Part shown: piece by piece, positions 25,822 through 39,500 of the stretch
How the letters are laid out: the number at the start of each line of letters is the position of its first letter
Position numbering within the stretch: position 1 is the first letter of the stretch
Notes under the pieces: model-generated
Told to the model about the DNA's origin: nothing
The model's input: the letters and a program-made list of their open reading frames with translations, nothing else
Databases searched by the model: none
From: Psammoneis japonica
Taxonomy: Eukaryota
Direction of reading: 5' to 3'
Assembly (NCBI GenBank): GCA_008632985.1
Contig: QPGO01000108.1
Location: 176,476-240,475 of the forward strand
Length of the DNA stretch: 64,000 nt
Position numbers and translations under genes: made by a program

Positions 25822-27078
25822 AAAAACCCAAACCTGATTTAAAGTGCTGTTGCACCTTTGCCCAGCAACACCAGCGCCGGCCAACCCACACCTCCGGCAC
25901 ACCCTACAAGGGGTGTGGCAGAAGTGGATTCGATTGGCCTGAATTGGCGTCTCCCTGAGGAGACGTTGATGGAGACAGTTGGTGCAGAGAACATGACAAC
26001 ACTTGGAGTTTGCTGAGGCATTGCTGGTGACACACACATTGGCCACACCACCACCACAGAGGACAGTTGCATTTGGAAAAAATTTACACAGAAGCCACAA
26101 AGGAAGCCAAAAGGAAGTCAAAGGAAGAGCGCCAAACCACTGGCTGCACAGCTCATCAAGTGGGAAACCTCATTCAAACCTCAAAGAAATGAAACAACAG
26201 AAAGAGCACTGCATGTGACAGAGAGCTTGATTTGCCAGCAAATGAAGGAGATTTTGTCCAGGACTGGGAGATGAGAAATGGGAACAATTGATGATTCGAT
26301 GAGTTGGTCTCGGGAAAAACTCACACTTAGAAACTGTGCCGGATCTTGCGCAGACATGCCAATGCAAGCAGCAAATGAATGGCAGTCACTTGTCAAGCAG
26401 GAAACCTCATTCAGACCTAAAAGAAAAATGAAACAATGGAAAGACCACTGCATGTGGCAGAGAGCTTCATTTGCCAGCAAGTGAGGGAGGGTTTGTCCAG
26501 GACTGGGAGACAAGAAATGGGAGCACTTTTGATGATTCAACGAGTCAGTCATTGGGAAAGACATTTTTCCCATGCAGAAACCACACCGGATCTTGCACAG
26601 AAAAGCCAACACATGCAGCAAATGGATGGCAGTCACTTGTTGCCGAAGGGAGGCTCATGCTCACACTCGAAAGCATCACAACAGTGAAGGACTTGATTGG
26701 CCAATGGGAACAAAGAGAGTCATTGGAAACGGAAGAGCATGGGTGCAAGAAGCTTGGAGACTTGACAAAACATTCATTGGTGGGGTTTGCCAAGGCACAC
26801 AGAATTTGCACTGAAATCCGTGTAGAAAATTTCTTGGAGCTGCAGAAAACACCAAAAAAAATCAACGTGCATGCGACCCACAAAGAGTCAACGCCAATCA
26901 TTTTCCACTTGGCATCGTTGCTTGACATGCCAGAACAAAAGCACACCATTGATGGAAAGGGCCAGAATGGTCGTGGGAGACCCCCAGCAAAATGCTGTCT
27001 GAGAAAGGCAACATCAGTGCGAGAGCGCACGTGGGAACACATGCAGGGTTTCTTGGTGGGTGGCTGCCGCAGAATTGT
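25822..27078. mobile_element. TIR-less long-TSD element, copy C (with internal ~236-bp tandem duplication at about 26163-26640)
   Basis: Homologous to copy B end to end. Flanked by GACTTTG(TTG)CCAAAACAAAA (25801-25821) and GACTTTGCCAAAACAAAA (27079-27096). Confidence 0.8.
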
Positions 27079-27655
27079 GACTTTGCCAAAACAAAATGAG
27101 CAACAGGCCTGAATTTGTGACCATGTGGGATTTTTGGCTTGGCAACTGGAGATGGGGGTGCACATGGCTGGTCCAGTGCCAGCTGTTGTTGTTGTCTCTG
27201 TTTTTTTTTGTGGCAACTGCCTGAACCCAGCACAGCACAGCTGGTGCTGCAGGGTTCAGATGCACTTGTGAGTGTGGGCATCTTTAAGCACAGGATTCAG
27301 TGGCCAAGTGGGAGGCTCGTGAGCCCCTCCTCCTGTGACTGTCTCTCATCTGAAAGCCTGTCTCTTGCAGCACTTTGTTGCCCCTCTTGTATTTGGCATG
27401 CCAACTATACAAAGATGCTTTCAGCACACTCCAATTGATGATCATGCTGTTTTCGCAAAAGGGTGAGAAACACGTGCATTGGTGTGTGTGTGTGTGTGTC
27501 TGTCTCCGCAGTGTCTGAGTGTCTGCATTCAGCATGGGTAATTGAGCTCCGTCTCCGAGCGACGGGATTTGATCAATCTCATGCGTTTTGTGTTCACGGC
27601 GCTCAGAAAAGAACAGCAATGGCGTCGGAATGGAGTCAAATGTTTGAATCTTAGC

Positions 27656-29399
27656 ATGAGTCCTCACAAAGACGAAGAAGCCGGTAACGACCAAGCAGTC
27701 GACATTAATACCGACGATTATCACGATAATATCGATGAACGCAGTGACATTGTTGCATCCAACCACGACTGTTTGCATTCACAAGAAGTGGAAAACCAAC
27801 CCGAAACATTTCATGACGAACCAGAAGTCGAGCATCGAGAAGAAACACCGTGGTGGCAATGCCCGCTTCAAATAATTGCCATGGTTTCAAATTTCTCAAC
27901 TTCTTATAATGCAGTCAATGTATCACTGGTCATTCCCATACTCGAGTCTCTCTACAAGAACGAGTCCAACGAAGAAGACATTTCCCTCTGTGCGTCGTCC
28001 TTACTCGCGGGCATGATGGTGGGACAAGTGTTGGGTGGGATACTCGGTGATACTGCCTTAGGACGACTGGGGGCTCTTAGTCTTGTGATGGCGCTTCAAG
28101 TGATTGCAAGCATAGGAAGTTCTCTAATTTTCCATGAAAACGTGTTTTGGGCTCTGGCGATTTGGAGATTCGTTTTGGGTGTCGGCGCGGGTGGAGTGTA
28201 TCCGTTGGCGGCAGTACTTAGTGCAGAACAAGGGAATGGCAATGGTGATCTCGAGTTACAGAGAATAACAATGAACAAACATGCAGTACAATCACGAAAA
28301 ATTGCAAAAGAAAATGCAACGAGTCGTCTATACCTTTAGCATGCAGGGCGTTGGGTTCTTGGCTGTCCCACTGGTCACGGTTCCCCTCTTGCATCTTTGT
28401 GGAAAAATAATTTGGAATTTGTGTGGAGGTTTGTTCTAGGACTGGGCAGTGTGCCAGGTCTGGTGTTGATGGTGCTACAGTTTCGCTTGCATTGCAGCCC
28501 GTCTAATCATGAACCATTCCACTTTCGGAGCCCACGAGGAAGACGACTCCTCTGACCTTGTCTTGGGAAGTCAACATGACAGGGATTCACCCTTTATGAG
28601 ACACGATCATTGCAGCGATGCAGAGGAGTCTGAGCCCCAGCCACCGGATAGTCTAATGGTGGAGAACACCGAGGATGTGATCTCCCAGCATGCCCACGAC
28701 GGGTGTTGGCATTCTATTCGAGACGAGCCCCGATTGTTTCAAAAGCTTCTCGGAACAGCAGGAACGTGGTTTTTATTTGACGTCCTCTTTTACGGAAACA
28801 CTTTGTTTGAGCCGATTGTCTTGGAAGCAGCTTTCGGTGGGAGCAGTGAGACAGTATCCAGCAATCTCCACGAGTCAAGTACCGATACTCATTTGGGCAT
28901 TTTGATAAAGGCGGCAACCGATTCACTGATTCTATCAACAATCGCACTGCCAGGATATATTGTTTCGGCCTTGGTGATTGGCAAACGGACACTTTGCGTA
29001 ACACAGACGCCAAGATTTGTCCAGCTTCAGGGTTTTGTTGCGATGGGGCTTCTTTACGCTTCGATTGGTTCTTATTGGTCTCATTTAAAGCAGATTCCTT
29101 GGCTCTTGGTGCTATTGTATGGGTTGACCTTTTTCTTTGCGAATTACGGACCAAACACAACCACATTCACCATGCCAAGTTTGGTTTATTCTCCACAGTG
29201 TCGGTCAACGTTAAACGGGATTAGCGCTGCTTCCGGTAAGGCCGGAGCTCTGTTGGGTGCAACTTTCTTCTCGCCTGCCTCGGAAGATCTGGGAGACGAC
29301 ATTGTCATGATTATATGTGGTGCCATCAGTATCCTCGCTTTTGTCATGACGTTCTGCTTTGTGCGCTTGCCAACCAATAGTCAGCCTCCAATAGAATAA
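27656..29399 (+). CDS. MFS inorganic phosphate transporter (PHO84/PHT1-like), apparent frameshifts at about 28300 and 28405
   Basis: Motifs RFVLGVGAGGVYPLAAVLSAE, FSMQGVG (alternate frame), WFLFDVLFYG, FFFANYGPNTTTF, RSTLNGISAASGKAGA. Confidence 0.85.
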
Positions 29400-29642
29400 A
29401 GTTTTGTACATAGCTGGATTGCTCGAGATAGCTTATTGCAACGCAAATGAGAGTTCCATGGATACAAAGAAAGAGAATGTAGTAAAGAAGACATACCCCA
29501 CAAAATGGACTTTTGTGAAGAAGCTTTATCCTTCGGAGGCAAGCCGAAATTGTCAGAGCTCAGAAATTCCATTATAGCAGCGTTGTTATATTCTCTAACC
29601 TTTTAGGACATATCATACTGGGAGGCTCACTTTGTCACTCCG

Positions 29643-31257
29643 TTAAAAGAACTCAATGTTATCAAGATCCAGGCTTCCACTTGCCCCCTTCTCGGTAAAT
29701 CCAAAAACCAACGACCCAATGTCAGTCATGTCAGTCGGTCCGAATGGGCAGGCTTCAACATAGTCGTCCATGTCTGAAAGAGTACTTGTTGCTGCGTCCA
29801 ATCGGTCGACACTGGCACATTGACGTGCATCTCGTTCTTCTTTTGTTGTCCGAGACACGGTGATGCAGTGTTCGCCTTGATGGTCAATTTCACACTCTCA
29901 ACACCATCGCTGCGAATGTCGAAACGAACACCGGTAGCACCGCTCATATCGCGATATGCCGAAGCAATCAATAGAGAAAAAGCCGCGTACTCGTATCTGG
30001 ATTGTCAAGGGTTACAAAAGAGGAGAAAGAATTAGTTTTCAAAAAGAACGCGTTTCAGCTTTGACAATCATCACCAAGTGCTTACAGGCAGATGGTATTC
30101 TCAACAACCGAGAAGTAAAACCTTAGGTACTTGTTATTGCCGCGAAACCTTAGTTCAGTGCTGCCCTTGCTTGCAGGTGACTGGTCGCCGCTGCAGCTTT
30201 CCTGAGAGTCGTGAGCAACGAAGTTTTCGCCGCCAAACACGTTGACACCAAGGTTTTCGGCCGTGTAGGTTTCAAATGTTTCAATCGGCGGAAGCGTAGG
30301 TTGATTAGGACCACCTCCCGTGCACGTCAGGGTGCTGTCTTCCCACCCATCGTCGGGGAAAGTCTCTGCGGTGCTCCAATCATCGCCTGCTTCGTTGAAA
30401 GGTGTGATGCGAACCCAGTCCACTTCCATGTCGGTAGTGTCAAAATTGGGTGTACCAGCCCAACCACGGGGAAACCAAGCCCCTATCCAGAAACGAGACG
30501 CCAGAGTAGGCACGTACTTTGTAATTACGCGCGTAAGGGTACCGTCCACAAAGAACTCCACCCGCTGTGCTTCCGTGTCACTTCCCGTGTGCCAGTCGAA
30601 CCGATAAGTGTGAAATTCACCATCGTTCTGAGCACTTTCCATTTTCACTGGAGAAGCTAAGTGTTCGTCGTCGTTCTCTCCCACCCATGAATTCATGAGT
30701 GCACGGTCAAACGAAATGTCCCTTATCGCAGGATCCGGGCGCCCTGGAAATTCCAAATCAATTTCGTGATTAATTGCATAGTAGCCTTTTTTAGCCCCAA
30801 CAGGTTTTGCAATATACTGCTCATCGCCCTCATAGTACTCTTGGTAATGAAAAGTCCAAAAGGCGCTTGCAACACCCATTTCGGGTGCAATGCGAGCCCT
30901 CACCTCGTACCGGCCAGACGCAAAATATCGCTCCGTGGCAACAGCGGCGCCCACACGAAAGCCGTCCTCTCGCGGACAAAGGTTTTTGTTGATTCCTTTC
31001 AGACTACCGCTGTAGCTGTTTCCGTGAGCCTCGAGACGAAGCTTGCCGTTGCCGACGAAAACGTTTTCGGGCATGACTCCTCCATTGTAGGACAAGGTGC
31101 CGCTGACTTGGCCACCCCAGTTCTTCTTTGCCTTTTTCCATTCTGGTGATAGATCGGTTCCATCAAAGCCATCAAAAAGACCATCGCCAGCTTGCCACTC
31201 TGCGAGGGCTACACCAAACAAGGAAGTAAATGCAACCACTGTCCCTGGAAGCTTCAT
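29643..31257 (-). CDS. Secreted GH16 glycoside hydrolase with C-terminal CBM/CIA30-like domain, paralog 1 (intron 29997-30085; 1-nt frameshift ~29780)
   Basis: Signal peptide MKLPGTVVAFTSLFGVALA; catalytic HEIDLEFPG (ExDxE); FHTYRFDW; collinear with the paralog at 49803-51421. Confidence 0.88.
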
Positions 31258-31629
31258 GGTGAATGAACCGAGAGTTTCAAGTTTTAGTTGTGAGGTAAGC
31301 GTGTGCAGCATGCGTGTGTTCACCAAAAATGTGGCCACGGAGTTGGCGGGAGAAATGCACATGACTTCCAACGGGCAAAGAGGGAAAAGAAAGCTTCGTG
31401 AGTGAAGATTGGATTTTCCAGACTCCGACCAACCCAGTTGAATACTCGTTATATATCCGTTATATTTATATGGTGATGTAAGTTTGTTAGATGCCAAGAA
31501 AGCAATACTGAAAATAAAAACATTCGGCCACGATGGAAAGCATTCTTCACTTCACTTTTTGAAAATTTAATCCTCACTATAATGAATGCATAAAGATCAT
31601 TCCTTCATCGCTCCTTTTCTGTCGAAGAC

Positions 31630-34600
31630 TCTTTGCCGGTGAGCCATGAATGGGATCAGAGCATCATGTTGTGCACTTCAAAACAAAACAAACACAATGC
31701 CACACTTGAGAGAGGCATGGCAGTTTTGACAATTGCTCCCCACAGGACATGTCCTGCAAACAGTCAGAGGTCAGCCAGCAGTGTTTTCATTCTTTTGTTG
31801 TGTGCAGCTGCTTTTTTGCCACTCCAGCTGAGTCAGATTCAAAAACAATCTGTTTTTTCCAGCAAAGATCATTTCAAAGAAGTCAGGCTTGACTGCTCAC
31901 ATGCAGAGTGCTGTTGCATGTCCCACAACAAATTCCCCAGAGTTGTTTGATTGGAGGCAGGCTGGGGAAGGTCAGCCAGCACCAGAGACCCATCCTGAGA
32001 TCTCCAGCAGCGCAAAGAAGAAACTGTGTTGATTGAAAGCCCTTGAACCACAGTGTCTTGTGCACACCAAGAGTTCATGGTGTGAGTCAGTGTCCTCCTC
32101 CATTGCATGTTGACTTTGTTGCTGCCACATTTCCAATGTTGAGAATTTCTGCTGCTCTTTTCTTTCCTGAAGCAGAGGAGCAGCACCCATTCTTGCCACC
32201 AACAAGTGACCTCAACATGGAACAGCTCATCTGTCATTCCATTGCCTGTGCTTCATAGAATGCATTTGAAGTTGAGATGGATTTTGGTTGGCTTGTTGGA
32301 ACATTGGGGGGTCAGAGGCAGTTTTGTAAAGCAGACAGACAAAGTTGCAGTGCAAGACAAGCTGGCGATTGTGGATGACTGCAGTGCAAGATGCGCTGAC
32401 AATTGCAGATGACGTGGCAAGTTTGCGTTTGCAAATCAGTTTGGGTTGTGGGTTTTGTGCTCATTTTTCAGCTTCTGCACCCAGCTGACACAGCAACGGT
32501 GGTTGAAAGCAGCGGCAATGTGTTTGCAAGCCACGCGGTGAGTTCGGGGCCAGTGCTGCTGAGGCCAAACGTGCACCAACCTGCAAGCCATGAAACTCCA
32601 ACACAGACACCAAAAAGTGGGGGCACGATGCTCAAAGGAGCGGCATTGTTCAAAAGCTGGGAAGTCGTCAGGCAAGAATCTACAGGCAAAGGCTGGGAAG
32701 TCAACAGGAGTTCAAAGGTGCATGTCGTGTGTCAGTGGATTGTGGCAAACAAGCTCACTGGATGAGGGCAAAGAAAACAATCTCTGGATGGCCTTGCTGT
32801 CAAACAAGCTGTCAAGGGTCAGCTGAAAGAGGGTGCAGCAAGGTTGTCTCAGGGTCATTGAGGCCAAATGTGTGGCTGTCAGCAAGCCATGAAACTCCAA
32901 CATGAGCCCCAAGAAATGTGGGCAAGGACACAGCTGAGTCTTGAAGCATGAAAGATTCAAAAGAGTGGGTGTGTTGCACCATTGCTGAGTCAGGATGACA
33001 TGCAGATGGTTGCACAGAAACCATGAAAAAGATCAGTGAGTGTGTCAGAAGAACATTCAGGCCGGAGATGCAGGTGCTGGCTGGCATCTCTGAGGCAGGA
33101 GAGATCATGCCAGAAGAGCAGGGCTGTCTGTCAGAAGACACTGCATTGGAGAAGGACAAGGCAATCTGGGGCAAGCAATGTGGTCACTGTGCAAAATGGA
33201 GCACAATGTGCAAGATCAAGGGAAGGTGCCAAGCAGTGTTGGCATGGTCTTGAAAGACCCACATGTTGGCAGTTTGCACCGGGGGTTGACGTTTATCTCA
33301 ATTCAACTGAGGAGGCATTGCAGGTTTAGGACACCTGCAGAACCAACAGGAAACCTGGGGTGGCGAGGGTGCAAGCTTTGCACAGAGTGAGAAGAAGCGT
33401 GCCAAATGCTGGAAATGCAGCGAGGCAGGGCATGTGAGGAGGGGTTGTCCTGCAACACACAGCTGCTGGTGAGAGTCAATGTGTCACGGCGACGTGTTGC
33501 AGCCTTTAAATGTCACAAAGGGCGTGACAAAAACAACCTTTTGTCTGCGTGCATGCTGCACCATGAATTCATAGCGGCGTGGTTCATCGCAACCATCAGG
33601 CAGGAGGCCAGGGGTTCGAAACCCTGAGTGGGAGTTGTCTGCAGCAACGTTGATCACTGTCGAACACGCAAAACTCTGTGCAGTTCTGTGTGTTCCTTCG
33701 CACGTGCCCACACTGTTCTGCCAAAACCATGCAGTGTCAGCACACGCCAGCAAAGAGCCGTGTGGACGCGTGATGCATGGGGAGGAGTGCAACACACAGC
33801 TGCCAACAAGAGTCAATGTGTCACGGCGACGTGTCACAGCCTTTAAATGTCACAAAGGGCGTGACAAAAACAACCTTTTGTCTGCATGCATGCTGCAGTC
33901 CAGACAGCGACCATTCATCACAGTGGAGTCAGATGATGCACGTTGAACTGACAAGTCAATGTTGCCAAAAGGGAATCCCATGAGGTCTCCTGTGCTGCTT
34001 GTTGCACTTGCCCTGGTTGCTGCAGCAGCTGCAGTTTGCCTGGAAGTCCTCAACAAACTTCAATCTCATGGTGCAACAGGTGCCCATTGATGCCACAATG
34101 CAGTTCATGCAAACCAGATGAATCACTCCTCCAAAGAGTGAGACAATGAAGGTTGATGAGATTGGTGATGAATGAGTTTTCATTTCCAAAGTGTCACAAG
34201 ATCCACCGTGTCAATGGATGAAGTGTCTTCTCTCCAACAGCTCCATTTCCAGGTTTCTTGCATTTCCCACTCATTCTAGATGGTCCAACAATGCGGGCCA
34301 CAGGAACAGGTGGAGCAGTTGAAGTGGCATTGGGTGACATGGTTTCATCCTCTTGTGCTTGATGTGCGCCATGAGGCCAATCAATTGATGGCATGTTCAA
34401 AGGAGTGTGTCAGAACATCAGGATTAGAGGCAGTTTTTGCAGCACAGACAGTCAAATCTGCAATGTGCAAGATGTGCTTCTGCAGTGTGTAAGATGTGCT
34501 GATGATTGTGGATGGTTTGGTGAATTCAGCATGTTCACAACTCAGTTTTGGTTGTGGGTTTTGTGCTTGCTTTTTAGCTTCTGCACCTGGTTGACATGGT

Positions 34601-36250
34601 GACAGCAGTTGATGGCAACAGCAACATGTTTGCAAGCCACATGGCAAGATTGGGGTCAGCAAGTCTGAGCCATGTGGTGCCAGTTGGCAAGCCATGAAAC
34701 TCAAACACTGCCCCAGGGCACTGCCACATGCTTCTCAGCTGTATCTGTTTCTCTGTGTCTTTGTGCTTGCATTGTTTCCACTCAGCATTGCCAAAACCTC
34801 TCAATGTTGTGGAGTTGAGGGCAACAAATGTTGTGTGCTGCTGTGGTGCTTTGGACTGGCAGCATGTCACCACCTCAAGCTGAAATTTTGAACCTTTTCT
34901 CCCATTTTTGACCCAGCACTGACCAAGGAGGATGGCATGGGCCAGAGGCAGTTGTGCAAACCAGCACCCTTGGCCTGAACACCAGGGTGGCTTGGCATGT
35001 CTAAAGTCTTTGCAGGTTTGTGTGTGGCTGAGTCTCAGGCAAGTTCTGTGCTGCACCAGAGCACTCTGTCCTCCATTTGTGGCACTTTGTTGACCAGTGC
35101 TTTGTTCCTTTTTCTTGAACTTCCCAGAGTTTCTCCTGCCTTGGTTGCCCCCCCCCCCCCCCCATTCTCACACCTGTGCTTGAGCAATGCTCAGAAGTTG
35201 CACCTCTTCTTGGCCCAGCAGCAAGGTGGGGTCAAGGTCAGGAGGAAGATGGGCACAAGCCAGGCTGGGCAGTTGCCGTTGGCAAACACTGCATGGTGTG
35301 GGAACTGTGGGATGCACACAAGGATGACATTCACAGGCATGGTCACAAAGCTGTGAAGTCACAAGCCAGGCTGGGCAGCTGCCATTGGCAAACACTGCAT
35401 GGTGTGGGAGCTGTGGGATGCACACAAGGATGACATTCACAGGCATGATCACAAAGCTGTGAAGTCCCCCCCCCCCCTCCGGCCCCAAGACATGGAGGCC
35501 AAAGTCACCTCAGCCATCAAACCCCACAAGAATGATGGCTGTCTGGCCAAGAACAAGTCTCGCCTTTTGTTGGACTCACACTGGAGAAACTTCTTCAGCA
35601 GCACACAAGAACGGCATGCACAGGTTTCAAAATTGTGATCTCAACAAGAGCAAAAGAACCAGCACTCAAGTCCAGGATTCTGGGTGCTCTCATTGTCTTC
35701 AGCCTGGCTTTCAGGGGGATGCACATGACTGCTGGCTGCCTTGGCATGGCATCTGAGCTGGCTCACTTGTTGCCAGAGTTGCTGGGTGGAGTTGCAACAG
35801 CACCCAAAATCATGCAAAACCTTTGTTTCTTTGTCATTTCGGCTGCTGCCAGCTGGTCATTTTCTGCAGCACCGTGCTGCAAGTGATTTTTCATGACAGA
35901 GGGCTTCTTCAAAGGTTGACATTTGACTCTTTTTTTTTTCCTTGGCTGCAGCCATGAGGAGGGCAGTGTGGGGTGGCCATCCTGGTGTCCTTTTCTCTCT
36001 TCTGTTCCCCCCCCCCCCCCTCCTCGTGCAATGGATGTCATTTTCCTTGGTGCGAGCCACGCACGCACACGTGGACAAATTTGTGCTTACTCCACTCTCT
36101 CTTGGCCCTTTTTCTGCTGCTCGACACTGGCAGAGAGCAACAGCAGAGGTGTTGCTCTAGCTGCTGGCTCTCTCTCTAAGCTCTCTGCTCTCCACTGGCT
36201 ACAGCAGATGGAGAGAGTGGCACAGCTGCTAACACAACACTGGCAGCCAC
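31630..36250. mobile_element. Degenerate repeat/TE-derived block, CpG/TpA-depleted, with local duplications
   Basis: Composition as in the other blocks. Duplicates at about 33450-33560 / 33790-33898, 35256-35360 / 35361-35467 and 32320-32610 / 34430-34700. Confidence 0.6.
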
Positions 36251-36544
36251 CAGCAGTGTCATGGCTCTACCAGCTCTAGCAGCTACCGTACAATGCCGTG
36301 TGCCGTAATTGTGCGCAGAAGTTGTGCGGTACGTCCGTCACACCTCTCGCCCAATCAGAGCTCGTGTGCGACCGAGCGAAAATTTTGAATGCACGCAAAA
36401 TCAAAAAGCGAGCAGTAAGGTCCTCCACGACCACAATGGCCAAAAAGAGCGGTGTGTGGCAAGAGCAACCCATTGATTACATCGAAAGAGTACCTTATAA
36501 GGTTTCACCTGAAGCATACAGTTTATCTTTGGAGTGAGAAAGAC

Positions 36545-39500
36545 ATGTCACAACGATCGTCCGTTACTTCTGCGGCCACCAACGGGATCCCCAATCAGCA
36601 TGGGACTTCCCGTCAAGATCCAAACGCCACTATGGCGTCGGCTTGTTGCGATTACTGCCACAGCATTCCTCGCGGCAAGCTCAAGCAGTGCAATCGCTGT
36701 AAACAAGCCAAGTACTGCAATCGTGCTTGTCAAAAGGCGCACTACAAGGTTCACAAGAAATCATGTGGTCGTGCTCCTGTTGTCGTAGAGAGTAATAAGC
36801 TCGTGATCAACGATATCCCGAGTCAATGTACAATTGACGATTTCTTTCGGCAAAGCTGGCTGCTCTTCTTCAATCCCCTTTCCAAGCCCATGGATGCATA
36901 TATTCCTGTGGAGGAATACATGGGGGTTTACACTCCCCTTGAAATAATCGACGGCTGTCCCGTGTTTGTGCACCATCCAAGCAAAACCAAGGAGATAAGC
37001 AGAGGCATGTCGCCAATAGCCTCCGCGTTTGCCACAATCTCTTTCGCCTGCGAGCCGACGGGAGAGACTTTGTATCTCTACTTGGATATCAAGTCGGGTC
37101 ACTGGGGAGTGACGAATGAGAAACCCAAATCCATTTCTTCCGCTACGTCATCCGATGCCATTTTGGCCACGTGCGATGCTATGAATTCCTATGAGCAGGA
37201 TTTGCTCTGCGGCCCTCTTCCCAATGAAGGCTTGACGGGAAGCGAAGGACATTACTATGAAGAAATTTACTCGAGGTTGAAGAACTACAAAATGCCTCGT
37301 TGGTCGTTTTGGGATGAAGATCAGTGGGCATACATTCAAATGGCGGTGTTTCCGTTACGTCATTTGGAACGGGTGATTGCCAGTTACAGCGAGTTTCAAA
37401 ACAGCAATCCTGCATCTCCAGCACGCAACGTTGAAAGAAAGGCCAGTCCAAAAACCGCAAAGCATCAGGATGAGAACTCCAACAAGCATCACCCACAGGG
37501 ACGACAAGAGATGGTTCAAGAAAAAGCCCAAGATTTTGCACCGACAACAGAGGAATCACGAGAGCGAGTGTTTGCATGGCTGAATAAACCTCTTTTATTG
37601 TTTTGCAAAGAACGACGCGACGTCTTGACCGAGACATGCATGGGCGTCTATCTACCGCTCCAAGACGAAACTCCGACTGAAGGAATACCCGTTTGGAAGA
37701 GAGTTCACCACTCGAGCCTCGAGGTGGAGAGAATCATGTGCACCCCTCGTGTCAAGGAATGGTTGGGTCACAATATCAAGTTTGCGTCAAATTTCCAAGC
37801 CCACAAAGATCTTTACTTGCAAATGAATCCGGAAACGTTTTCGTGGGAAATTACGAGCGAGAAACGGGACTCAACATGCAGAAACGAGCTGAGCACCATT
37901 CTTCATCAGCATGGCGCGGTTACGGTGGAAAACCTTATCCCTTTTCACCCGGCGACAGTGATCGCTAAGGAGAATCCCACATCTCTTGACATGGTGGCTT
38001 TGATGAACAGCGGGTTTGGTACGTGGCAAGGCAATTTGCCTTCTGGCGTGGTAATACAAGACCTGCGTATAGGTGTCTTGCCCCTGTTGTACTTTGAGAA
38101 GTTCATGAATATCAGCTTTTCTTTTGCTGAAAATGGTGATCAGAAAATCAAGGCGACAGAGAAGCAAACAAGCCAAGAGATCGATAAACAAGACAAGAAC
38201 CTCAGGAAGATCAAAAGAAAAGTCAAGGTTGACTGCAGTCCTAGCAGTGCGCTGCATCCGCCGGTAGAGCCGAGACTGGAAAATGGGCCCATCTTTTCGC
38301 TCCTAAATAGACCTGTCGTACTGTTTTGCAAACCAAGAAGTGGCTTCTTGACAGAGTCGAGCATGGGAATCTACGTACCACTCCAAGGCGAATCGATCGG
38401 CGGACGTCCTATTTGGAAAAAGGATTGCAGAATGAGTAGAGACATGGCCAGTGCCATTGCATCTGCTACGGAAAGGGTGTTTGGCAACGATGTCAAGTTT
38501 GCGTCAGTTTTCCCCGCTCACCAGCAGCTTTACCTACATGTGAATCCTTCTGTGAATCGATATAATGTTTCATGGGAAATCACTGCGGAGAAACCCGATC
38601 CAAAGTCTGCATATCATGTCTCCACGGTTCTTTATCAGGAGGGCGAGTTGGTGTTTGATGATCTTGTCGCTTTTCATCCAAGATTGCTGTCAGACGAGAG
38701 CCTTACGAGAAGTGAAATGCTGGCTTTGATCAAGAGCGGAAAAACTATATGGCGAGACTATTCTGCTGCTGGCGATGCAGCCTTGGTCGGCATTGGCGTC
38801 GCTCCCCTTGTTTATATTGAGAGATTGATGAATACCAGATTTACTTACGGGGACACAGGCGACAAGAAAATCAAGGCGAGCGTTAACGTGAGTTTGGAAA
38901 ATGTTGATCCGCAGCTGGCACCAGACGTAGCGACAGCAAACACGGCGGAACAGACTGGGCAGGGACAAAAGGCCAAGAGGAACTCCAAAAGCAAGCAACG
39001 CCGTCAAGCAAAGCGCACGCTGCCAGGGCCACAGCGAAAGAGGATGCAAACGGCAAAGCACTCGAAGAACGAGAAAATGAAAAGGCGGCGCAGCTCGCGG
39101 AACAAGCAATGCTAGCAAAAGAAGAACGATTTGCAACCGAAGCAGTTGATTTTCTCCTTTTCAGGTTTGAACAGAATGGCAAACCAAAAGAGAAACCTTC
39201 TTCGATTGATTTGTCCACGCCAACTGACGAACTCGTCTCTCGAGTGCTCGACGTTTCAAATGCACGACCTCCCTGGTTGCTCGTCAAAGACTCGAGTACG
39301 GCACCAATCGTTAGGTTCCTTCTAGATTGCAATGATGCCTATCGATCATCTCGTGATGTGATTGTTGAGCGTGGCGAGAAAATCCTTGAGCTTGCAACCA
39401 AGGACGAGCGGATAAACGATACGGTCGCACTAATCAACGGAGGCGTGCCCGTTAGCGCAAACCTGCTGTGCACCTACTTTGCGACCGTGCCAGAGGGTAG

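Noticed and set aside
1450..27550. Hundreds of Cys/His/Gln-rich ORFs of 60-350 aa in the repeat blocks
   Set aside because: Artefact of TA depletion removing TAA/TAG stops. They are Tyr-free, overlap in all six frames and encode no coherent proteins, apart from the decayed LINE fragments.
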